A stretch of 64,000 bases of DNA from Camelus ferus (Eukaryota). The stretch is from contig NC_045698.1 of assembly GCF_009834535.1 (NCBI RefSeq), forward strand, positions 5,458,001 through 5,522,000, read 5' to 3'. The translations under genes were made by a program, and so were the position numbers. This document shows positions 25,766-36,561 of the stretch, in pieces. The notes below the pieces were generated by a model. The model was not told the DNA's origin, did no database searches, and worked only from the letters and a program-made list of their open reading frames with translations. Within the stretch, counting starts at the first letter, position 1; each line of letters starts with the position of its first letter.

Positions 25766-27128
25766 GTGAGTACTCGGTAAACGCCGCTCTCCGGGTGGGT
25801 ATCCCACGCCCCGGGCCCGAGGGGAGGCGGTTCAAGGTCGGCGAGGGCACTGGCCTTCGCGTCCCCGCGTCCTTCCCCCGGCCGGGCTGGGCGAGCGGGT
25901 CGGTCAGGACCTTGGCCCCCCTGTGCTGCGGCCTGGCGGGAACTCGGCCCTGAGGCCTTCCCGCCGCCTCCCGGAGCGGGTCCCCGCCTGCGCCGCGGCG
26001 TTTGCTAGAGCGGAGCCGGTCCCGCGGGTCGCTGTGGGCTCCTCCTCCGTCGGCCTCCTGGTTCCGAACCCTTTTCTAGGCAGGGGGAAAGGGCACCTCT
26101 GGGCGCGGGGTCAGGTGCGGGTGCCGGAGAGTCAGGAACGTTGGGAGCGCGGACCAAGCCAGACGCGCGTCCTGCTCCGCCGTTTCTCCGCCTGACTGCG
26201 TCCTGCGGGCGCCGCGGAACCTCCTCTGGGAAACGTGGGGTGAAGTACCTGCTTTATAAGATGGTTGTGGGACCGAGGGGGTCATGGTCTGAAGCACCTC
26301 GAGCTGTGCTTGGCTCCCAGGTCGCAGCTGTAAAATTAAGCGATGCCGTTTCCATCACTAGGGTTTCACATTTTCCAGGTGTGTAGTGTCTTGCTGTTAT
26401 TTATCTGTTCGTTCAGTAAACCCATTGAGCACCCGCTGTATGCCAGGTGTCGCTCTGTTCCCTGGGATAGTCCATGATTTTTAGCATGTTACTTAGCACT
26501 ATTCTATTACCCTTTAATTTCTTCGCGGTTTAAGTTGTGTTTAGATCTAATTGGCTAGAGGCACATACAAATATTGGCGGTTCATTCACTAAGAGGCAAG
26601 ATTTTGGTTTGGGTTTCAGTTTAAGTTTCTCCCTGCAAACTGACAGCCTTTTGAGGTTTAGACCCTGGATGAGTATGGGGAGAAGGCTTGAGTGAATTGG
26701 AAATATTTTTTTCTCTGTATTTACATATGTATATATATACACATGCACTCACATGTAGAGGATATTGAATTAAATAAGAAAGCAGTGTATGAGCATTGAT
26801 TAACTAGATTACTCTTATTAGTCTGTTTAGCTTTGGGTTCAAGGATGAACCAATTTTTTTTTACAATTTTAATGAATTTTTAGTTTTACGTTTTTTAAAA
26901 GATGTCTGCGATGTACTGAGTCTCAAGCACTGTCTCTGTCAGGTGTGTATTGTCATTATCTCCATCAACAAGCACATTTAGAGAAGTCTCATATTGTGTG
27001 GCTGTTGCTGCAGTCATTTTTTAATTAAGAGAATTAGTACCTGCAGGTTGTTACTACTTTGTGAGAAAGAAATTCCCTTTTCTGTTTTTCAGTGTAACCG
27101 TTAAGCTGTAGCATATGCTTTAGAGGTG

Positions 27129-27257
27129 ATGAGGAGGTTTTTGTTGCTCTATGCAACACAGCAAGGACAGGCAAAGGCCATAGCGGAAGAAATATGTGAA
27201 AAAGCAGTTACACATGGCTTTTCTGCAGATCTCCACTGTTTTAGTGAGTCGGATAAG
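27129..27257 (+). CDS. MTRR: MTRR (methionine synthase reductase) exon 2, first coding exon, 129 nt
   Basis: [43 protein letters not shown], flavodoxin FMN phosphate loop; acceptor tttttcag ending 27092; donor AAG|gtaaga; residue 22 is Ile (ATA). Confidence 0.97.
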
Positions 27258-28165
27258 GTAAGAGCTGTTACTCACATGGTTCCTCCTGTGTCTTGTACTT
27301 TGAAGTATTTAGGTTGGGAGCCAATGTTAAACCACAGAGTAGGATTCTAAGTGCCACCATCACTATCAGCTGCATTGTAAGATTCCTGACACCTTTTTTT
27401 TTTTTTAAACCTGTAAGTTTTTTTTTGAATTAGACTACAGTCCTAAAAACTAAGACAAGTAACTGTTCTGGACTATACATGGAAGTATTAGTTTAGCCTT
27501 GTTTATCTCATGAGCTGGCTGGGAACAAATGAGGTAAGTGTGTTCAGAGGAACGCGGGTTTCCTTTCCACCTTGGGAATCCCAGTGCCCGCTTGTACGTC
27601 CCCAAAATAAAGACTTTGCCATTGGTGGCAGACAGCTCTCTTCTAGATCATGGCAGTTTTTTCAAGGTAAACTCACTGTGACAAACTGTGTAGTGTCCTG
27701 AAAGTGTTGAATTGCCTGGTAAAATGTTAGCTCAAATCTTTAACTGTTATGTCAGTGTGAAAAATAAAGTGAATTCCTTGGAGGCAGGTGAAATGATACT
27801 CGTGAGGAGCCGAGCTTGGGGAGTCGTTATAAATAGAGACAGTGAAGCGCTTCATCTGAAGTGTGTAAATTTAGGTGAGAATGAGAGATTAAAAACTTGA
27901 TTTGTAAGACTTGGAAACACTGATGATCTCAGTTTATTACCACTGGTGATATTCTCAGCTCCCTGGAACTCTGAGGGAGCAGCGCCCTTCCTGATAGCCA
28001 GGTTTCCTGCTGTCCGAGGAGTGGCTAAGGTTTAAAAGTGCTCTCTGTACCTCTACCATGATGCAGTGCAGACTGAAAGATGGTAAATTAAGCTGACTGC
28101 CCAGCCGATACACGTCAAAAACACACACGGCAGTAGATCTCTGACGTGACACCCTTGTTTCCTAG

Positions 28166-28319
28166 TATGATCTGAAAACTGAAACAGCGCCTCTCGTGGT
28201 GGTGGTGTCCACCACAGGCAACGGAGACCCACCCGACACAGCCCGCAAGTTTGTTAAAGCCATACAGGACCGGTCGCTGCCCGCCGACTTCTTTGCTCAC
28301 CTGCGGTATGGACTCCTAG
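28166..28319 (+). CDS. MTRR: MTRR exon 3 (154 nt)
   Basis: tttcctag|[51 protein letters not shown]|gtgtgt. Confidence 0.96.
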
Positions 28320-28534
28320 GTGTGTGCCATATTTTGGGCACTTACTGTACTGTTATTGCTGGCTTTAACTCTAGGGTCTAAATGTCTCTTTCAAAATCAT
28401 GGTGTATAACTGTGGGTTTTGTCATTTTGGGGTTTTATATAAATATTTTATGTATGTATAACATTTGAGTGTAAAAAATGTACTATTTCCCCAGTCTTCA
28501 CCCCACAGCAGCTCCTCCGTAGAGCCTCTAAGTG

Positions 28535-28862
28535 GCATTCTTAACCATGGGCGCACCTCAGATTCAACCTTGAAATATTTCCCCAGTATTGGTGGCTGTG
28601 TCCAACCCCGAGCAATCCCTGAAGGAGCAGCCCTGCAAGCTATTTTATTGCGGGTTTTTTTAAGCTCCCAGGTGGCTCTCATTCCCTAGGATGGTAGTTC
28701 TGGCCACACACTGGGATCAGCTGGGGGTGTTTTCATTCCAGTTCCATTACTTTGAGCCCCTCCAGTGATTCTGACTTAACTGTCCTGAGGTTGGATCCTG
28801 GTATCGGTATTTTTTAGAGCTCCCAGTGATTCTGATATGTACCTCAGCTTAAGAAGCACTTG
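28535..28862. mobile_element. MER5-like hAT fragments
   Basis: agtggcattcttaacc, tttttaagctccccaggtg and agctcccagtgattctgat...ttaagaagcact motifs. Confidence 0.55.
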
Positions 28863-29459
28863 TGAGGGCTCTGTGAAGTAGAGCTCTAAAATACTGCAGG
28901 ATCAGGAGGACCAGCTTGGCCAGACAGGAAACCGGAGGGGGAGTTAAGGCTCCGTTTGCCTGGCATGTGACCTGCATCCTCCTTTGAGAACCATTTTTGG
29001 TAGGGTGTCTAGCAGGGATGGATTGTGCTATGATAAATAACTGACTAGAAATGTGAGACTGTGACCCTGGCCAAGATCTATCATATACAGTGTATTCAAA
29101 AGAGCATTTTAGAGTGTTTACATCTCTTTAATTCGATTTTTTCCAGTGTCTTTATTTTCAGGAGTGAACATGTACATATTGCTTCAAACATTCCTCAAAA
29201 GATTATTTATAAAGACCAGAACCTGTCTAGCTTTTTTAGTCAATATTAGGCCCAAATATGGGCCCACCTTCTTGTAGGGAAAATATATGGAGATGATTAA
29301 ACAACTAAGAATTAAAGCTTTTAATTTTAAAATTTCAACTAAGTATGAAAATGTTAGTCCATTTTCTTACCAGGAAACATAGAAGCAATTCCTAATGTAT
29401 CAGCATAGAAACAGAGCAGGTGAGCATGTCTCAGATGTACCTCTCCACGTCCCAGACTA

Positions 29460-29665
29460 TGAGTCAGCGAACTCTGTGAAGGACCAGATAGTCAATATGT
29501 TGGGCTTTGCAGGCCTTGTGGTCTCTGTAACAGCCACTCATCTCTGCCGATGTAGCTTGAAAGCTGCCATAACAAGATGTAAACAAATGGACCTGGCTGT
29601 GTTCTAACAAAACTCTAAAGGCAGTGGGTGGTCGTTGGCCCACGGGCTCTAGTTTGCAGACCCTA
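29460..29665 (+). mobile_element. MER58A (hAT-Charlie)
   Basis: ggaccagatagtcaatatgttgggctttgcaggcc...agtttgcagaccct. Confidence 0.75.
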
Positions 29666-29862
29666 CAGTAGTTAGGAAAAGTCTGCAGATACACATATTG
29701 AATGTTTTTAATCCTGTGTAATCCTTGTTTTCAGATTGCCATATTTTTGCACAGATGCATGGAAGCAAAAATGTGAAACACATTTCTGTTAACAGTGGTC
29801 CGAAGTGTTTTGTTTCTATTTGCATACTTAGTATTTCTCAAGGGAAAAATAAGAAAATGTGA

Positions 29863-30108
<246 letters not shown>

Positions 30109-31289
30109 TAAGAGCAACGCGCTTCTCTGTCATTTCCGGTCAGCCTGGCTAATACGTGATGAAAGTCAGCGAGGTTATGAAAGGGGTTCACTTCTGATTT
30201 CGCAGTAAAACTTTGGTCTTGAAAGTTTTGGTTTTGTTTCCTTTTTTAGTTCCAGGACCAAAAAAGATCCTCCAGAGTTTGATCTATCTATTTTGTTGAC
30301 TTTTTTTTATTAAGTGCCTCATCCGCATCAGTACTGCTAGTGGAGGAAATTAGGAAAGGTGCCCCAGTACCGTTACTTTGTCTTACAGCTGTGTAGGTAT
30401 TTGCAGGAACTCGGATAGTGGGTGACAGGACTGGACTCGGGACCTCGTGGGAGGACACCTACCCAACAGGCCACGCGTTACAGGTGGAGCCTTCCGGGCA
30501 CACCGGTTCCTTGGTTCTTTCCGTCACCATCTTAAAGGTCATTTGCTGCCATTCCAACCAGCAATATAATTTCTCTTTTATTAATTTACTCTTTTTACAA
30601 ATCAGTATTTCACCCTATGTGCCGCCTTTTAAGTCCTCTTATGTGTTAATTCAGAGACTTTAGAAAGCTTGTCCTATAGTTTATCCTGGTATTTATCCTT
30701 GAACTGTTTTAGCCAGATAACTGTGTGCACACACGTGCACACACACTTGATTTTTTTTTTCTACCAGTTGCAGATGTTAAGTAAATTCTTACCTACTAGA
30801 TCTGTGTTTATACATCATGATAGCTTCAGCAAGTGTCATGCTTTTCTGCGTATAACGCCTCGCCCAAGGGTGCTGGAGACCCTTCTGTTTCCCCTTTGAG
30901 TCCACTGCTTCCAGCATCCTCTGCAGCTGTGATGCTGTGGGCTTCTCCACGTCCCCAGGGATCACGTTCCACGCGGACAGAGCTCTACCACATTTCCTGG
31001 CGTGTTATCTTTTACCTTTGTCCCTTTATATTGGGCCCCCCTCCCCCACCTTATTGGCATTAAATGTGTATTGTCCTGTATGAGCTATTTAATTGCTAAA
31101 CCTTATAAAATCCATAAGTCCTGTTGCTCGGTCTGTATTTTACTTCAAAGGCTTTTCGTTTCCCGAAACCAAAAATTTACTGGATTGGATGTTAAAATTC
31201 TTGAATGTGCATTTCAGCAGCTTGCATCTCTTAAATTTTCAACCTAACCTCCCTTTTCTAAAATTAAAATATTTTCAGGGAGGCATTTT

Positions 31290-31545
31290 GTGCCACCACG
31301 TTGATGGGATTGAGAATATGGACTGGAGTCCAAATACCTGGGTTCACATCCTTGATTTTCCCCACCTGCTGACTGTGACACCTTGGTCAGATTACTTACG
31401 TTTTGTGCCTTGGATTCTCCCTTGTGAAGTAGTTAATGATAGTATATATTGTGTGAGGTTCTTTGGAGGATCATGGGAAATAATACGAGTTGTCGTTTTA
31501 GAACAACGCCTGCCGTGTAGTGAGCACTCGGCGAACACCAGCCTC
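31290..31545 (+). mobile_element. MIR
   Basis: ctggagtccaaatacctgggttcacatcc...ctgtgacaccttggtcagattactta...tagtgagcactc. Confidence 0.7.
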
Positions 31546-32617
31546 CTGATTATGGCCGGTATCATCTTAGTATTTCTGAGTTCTCAGAAAGGTGTTTTAA
31601 AGGAGGCTGTCATTATTGAACTGCTAATTGTACATACTTTTCCAGAGGCTCCTGAGGGACAGATGTCTGTATAACCAAGTTTTAAGCTGCATACTGCGTG
31701 ATCACCAAGTTAACACAGTGAAATTACAGACAAAGTCACAGTAAGATGGAGGTCTAAAATGTGTCTCCTCTTAATGGTCATTTAGCTTTACGAATTGGAA
31801 TTTAATGGTTAACTCATTTGAATTGTGATCGAAAACAACAAGGATGTTATTCCCGAGGTCCTGGTGCAGCCTGCCTTGGCCCTTCCCCCATGTTCAGCGT
31901 CTCTGTTCAGGCAGTGTGGGGAATGTTGTTCAGTCAGTGTTCTTTGCTAGTAGTGAGACCACCATATTTAAAATGTATTTATGATTAATTGAGCTCTCCT
32001 AAAGGATTATTGCTTTTCCCTCTGTGGTCAGCCCTGCTGGAAATTTTACCAGAAAAATTCTTCAGAACTGATAGAAGGTTTAAACTGTTTACTTACTCAA
32101 AGAGCATTAATCTGGAGTGATTTCTTGGTGATATTTTAACCTATAGAAAGCAAAGATCAGTAAATTGGCTAGGCCAGAAAAAAAGAGATGGTAATTTGAT
32201 GTAATTATTGTTTGTGATATTAGGGTGGTCTTGGATTTAGGGTAAGTTCTGCTAGCCTCATCAAAATTATGCATGCCTGTCTAAAACTAACAACTTAAAA
32301 TACCACCTCTATTTTAGGAAATTAAGAGAAATCACACTCCTGTTTCCTATTACTGAATTATCTTCATTTTTGTTCTCTGACTTTTATACATGCTCATATT
32401 TTTTTACAGCTCAGTGCTAATGAATGCAATAATATTCTGCTTCTTAGCTTAATCCTTCATAAGTATTTTTTGTATTTTGAGTAGCCTTCATATTTAGTGT
32501 TTTTGACAGTTTGGTAGTGTTCTGCCAGATGGACAGATTCTGCCATTATCCCATCATTGTATATTTAAATGGAGAACTTAGGCATTTCTTTTTTCCATTT
32601 TTGTTACAATGATCCAG

Positions 32618-32990
32618 TTTAGAACTTGTGGTTGAGCCATGGATTGATGGACTCTGGGCCGCCCTCACCAAGCATTTCACGTCAGTTGGAGGAAAAGAGA
32701 TGAGTGGAACCCTCACAGCGGCGTCTGATGCCTCCCCGAGGACAGACCCTGTGGCACTGGAATTATTACACGTTGAATCGCAAGTTGAACTTCTGAGATT
32801 AGATGATTCAAGAAAAAAAGATTCTGAAGTTTTGGAACAAAGTGCAGTGAACAAAGAATCGAGCGCTTTGGCTGCAGACTTTGAGTCCTCACTTACCCGT
32901 TCAGGCCCCCCACTTTCACAGGCCTCGCTGAACATTCCCGCTTTGCCACCAGAGTATTTGCAGGCGTGTCTGCAGGAGCCGCTTGGCCAG
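32618..32990 (+). CDS. MTRR: MTRR exon 5 (373 nt), FMN domain end and hinge
   Basis: gatccag|[16 protein letters not shown]...[21 protein letters not shown]|gtgagc. Confidence 0.95.
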
Positions 32991-33051
32991 GTGAGCGGTT
33001 TTACTTTATGCACCATGGGTGGCAGTGCTGGTGGATTTTTAATTACATTAC

Positions 33052-33200
33052 ACAGAGGCCAACAAGCTGTGGCCTGCTGGGCGAGTGTGGTCTGCCGCCT
33101 CTCGTTTGTAAGTGAAGTTTACTGGAACACAGCCATGCACATCCATTCACGTGGCATCTGGCTGCTCCTGCACTACGGCGGGGGAACTGAGTAGTTACCA
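33052..33200. mobile_element. MER58-like hAT fragment
   Basis: tttgtaagtgaagttttactggaacacagccatgcac...ctgagtagtt. Confidence 0.65.
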
Positions 33201-33299
33201 GTCAGAAAATCTTTTTCTCCTGAATCATTCCTTTCTCTGCCCTCAGGCTGCAGGAGGTGAGCGCTTCTTTGTAGCTACGGAGGGTGTCCTCTGGCTTTC

Positions 33300-33490
33300 A
33301 CACTTAGCCACAGGTGGCTACTGAATTTTATTTTTTATTAATTTAAATTTAAGAGTTCAGTTCCTGAGTCACACTTCTTAGCCATATTTCCAGTGCTCGG
33401 TGGGCACACGTGGCTTGTGGCTCCTGTATGGGGCCAGTGAAGCCGTGGAACATCCGGTCATCGAGGAAGCTCTGTTGAACAGCACTGCCC
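33300..33490. mobile_element. MER3/MER33-like hAT fragment
   Basis: tagccatatttccagtgctc...cacacgtggcttgtggct...aacagcactg. Confidence 0.65.
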
Positions 33491-33904
33491 ACCACTCTGA
33501 GGGTTCTTGTGACCATCTGTATAGATAGCCGCCAACCTTAATAAACATCTTGTCATTTCCTTTAGAATCTCCGTCTGAAATGTGCAAGTGTACTGTTTCT
33601 TTTTGCATAAGTTTGTTAGGAAGACTATTGGACCTTTTTGTGAAAATACTAGTATCTGATGTTTCCCATGTATCTCAGAAATTCCAAGCAAAGTGTAATA
33701 ACCAAGGAGGCTGGGAAATGGATGAGCTTCTCTTCTGAAAGACTGAGCAGAATGTGTCTGTAGCCGTTTACCTTAGAAAAGAACACTTAAATAGCCAGGG
33801 CATTTCCAGAGATGTGGTAGCTCTTACCTCATCGCTTAGTGAAGCACTGGTAAGTGTAATTGAAAATTGCATTTAGTAATATTTTATCACATTTGTTTCT
33901 CAAG

Positions 33905-34027
33905 GAGGAAAGCCAAGCTTCTGTGACTTCAGTGGATCCAATTTTTCACGTTCCAATTTCAAAGGCAGTTCAACTGACTACGAATGATGCCATAAAAACC
34001 ACACTTCTGGTAGAACTGGACATTTCA
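33905..34027 (+). CDS. MTRR: MTRR exon 6 (123 nt)
   Basis: tttctcaag|[41 protein letters not shown]|gtaagt. Confidence 0.95.
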
Positions 34028-35523
34028 GTAAGTTACAGAATTTATTCCTGAGCACAGGTGTGCTGTCAAGGAGGGCAGGGACTTGCGTGGTGTGTTCTGG
34101 TCCACACGCTCAGGAAGAGTGAGGTCTCTGGTGGGACATCGGCCTTTTTATTCTTCACCCATCATTTTCCTCTCCACCTCATACCCGCTTTCTTTTCACT
34201 TCAAGGAGGGGCTAAAGCAAGGAGTGACCGGAGGGGGTTCAGCTGGAGAGAGTAGTGTTGCTGCCTTAATTATTGAGAATAAAGGAATCAGAGCAGCATT
34301 TTCTGTGAAAGAGCCCCGGGAGAGGCACCTGGTTACCTGGGGTCAGCGGCAGTTGACCAGGCTGGACAGGAGTGTGACATTCATTTCTCAGAGTGGAGGT
34401 CCTTGTTCCTTTGAGAATCTGGAAGAAATTGTGGACGCCCTCTCCAGAAAAGTGATTGTCTGTAAACGTGTTGCACAGTTTCAGGGGGTTTATGTGCTGC
34501 CTCTGAACCCATCCATGTGCTTTCCCGGCCCCTGCCCACGTCCAGGGGCCGCAGGTTAGGAAACTGTGGCTGCTGATCTGGAACCTTCAGTGCCTCCAGA
34601 CCTGCCCGGAGCCATGTAGCTCCACCTTTACCTTCACGGGGGCCTGCGAAGGGGGCTGGGCCTTCAGAAGACGGCGTGTCGAGGCTGTCTCTGTAGAGTT
34701 AGTTGAATTTCTAATAGAAAAAAAATGACAGGTGTCAGAGCTAGATGTTTTGCTTACATACTGTTGAGTAGTTCCACGTTTCTTTTGAACATTTTAATAA
34801 CCTGTAGTATTAAATATCCTATGTACCTCAAAACATTTTATTTTTGTTTTACACTTTCTGTCATGAGGAGGCAAGGGTTGGCCAATGGGCGGGGCCAGTG
34901 TGTGTCCTTCACAAGCTAGGGCTGTGGGCACACGTGGTCAGAGGCCCTCTCGGAGCATTCCTCACCCTCTGAGTAGACGTGCTGTGGGGAGGGGGTCCTT
35001 CTGGAGCCCGAGTGTGTTCCCCGCCAGTACCATGCCAGATGGTTTAATGTGTGTCACTAAGGGGAAAAAAGTGTTCTCTCCCACCCCAGTTCCTCCCCAA
35101 AGGAAAGGAGTAAAGAGAGGAGATTGGAAGCCAACGCAGGTGGCCCTAAAGGTAGTAGCTTTAGCGCGTAACGTGTGTGTTTCTGTGTGTGTGTTTTCAT
35201 CAGAGGAATTTTTACATGGATCATTGAAACACTGTTTATTGGAGCAACTTACTCTCTAGAAGACGCAGAAAGTCTTTTATTTCCAGTCTGAATACTCAGT
35301 GATATAAAGCAAAACATTGGATAACTACAGAATTTCTTGTTAAAAGTAACTTCTACTAAAAATATATTTATTCAGTTAGTTGGGCTTGTTTTTTGCAATT
35401 AGAATTATTTTGTTTCTAATTCATGTACTCAAAGGGTCATAAAATAAAAACTCTGGTTTTGTTGCCCTGGAACTAAAACTCACTTATATGGAATTTTTTT
35501 CTTTCATGTTGGTTCTTCTCTAG

Positions 35524-35677
35524 AAAACAAATTTTTCCTATCAGCCTGGAGATGCCTTCAACGTGATCTGTCCCAACAGTGACTCCGAGGTACAGGACCT
35601 AGTCCAAAGACTGCAGCTCGCAGACAGGCTAGAACACCGTGTCTTCTTGAAAATTAAGGCAGACACAAAGAAGAAAG
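35524..35677 (+). CDS. MTRR: MTRR exon 7 (154 nt)
   Basis: ttctctag|[51 protein letters not shown]|gtgcag. Confidence 0.93.
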
Positions 35678-36472
35678 GTGCAGCCCTGCTCTTACTTCTC
35701 AGGGTGTCATCGGGCTAAGGGGTTGGAGGTGACGAGGACAAGTATGCACAGATACCCAAGGGTCGGCCACGATCAGCGGTGGAATAGACCTCTCGCTGGT
35801 CTTGGTGGTTTCTTAACTTTCACGTCAGATACCCTGACTGGGTCCGTTACGCTGAATGAGATGGTAATAGAGGTTATGCTTATTGGACACTTATGAACAT
35901 TGAAAATGAAGTTGAGGAATCAACTTTTTCAAAGCTCTGGAAATTAACAGGCTTGTGGCAGACTGGGGAAAACTTGAAAACATGAATGTAACTAGTTTTG
36001 GAGAAGCAGGTTGGGTTAGTTGGGCCGATTTGTTTGTTTTTTGCAGTTAGTATTATTTTATTTCTAAGTTAGCATATTATAATTTTTTCCACAGTTAAAG
36101 GAAGTCATTTTTTAGTTATCTGCTTAGAATCCTTTGAACTGGAGTTGAGTCAGTCTGAAATTCTTTTTGAGGATAATGGGCAGTGGTGATGGGCGTTTTG
36201 TTCCCCGGTTGTGGGTGATTTCCCTCTTGTTTGTTATACCTAGACTTGGTGGATGTAGCTAATACAGTCATTCTGTTGAATTCATAGTAATTTTTTTGGT
36301 AAAGTGTGTTTTTCTGCTGTCTTCCTCTTGGGGAGATGTTTTTAACTGACTAAACTTTGTCACAAGTCATACTATACTTTGACAGCACAATAATGTGAAA
36401 TATTAGCTATTTGTGTTTTTAGGGATTGAACTTTACTTTGTGTCACGAACTCTCTCCCGTCTTCCTGAAAAG

Positions 36473-36561
36473 GAGCAGCCTTGCCCCAGCATGTACCCGA
36501 GGGCTGTTCTCTCCGCTTCCTTTTCACCTGGTGCCTTGAAATACGAGCAGTTCCTAAAAAG
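36473..36561 (+). CDS. MTRR: MTRR exon 8 (89 nt)
   Basis: cttcctgaaaag|[30 protein letters not shown]|gtatat. Confidence 0.93.

Larger units (their letters stand above)
25200..26350. promoter_or_regulatory. CpG island / bidirectional FASTKD3-MTRR promoter
   Basis: CpG-dense; NRF1 consensus CGCGCATGCGCA 25596-25607; reverse CCAAT boxes (ATTGG) 25639-25643 and 25668-25672; NRF1-like TGCGCAGGCGCG 25701-25712; no evident TATA. Confidence 0.9.

Noticed and set aside
31093..31674. 193-aa intronic ORF
   Set aside because: Non-ATG start, overlaps a MIR, no recognisable protein features.
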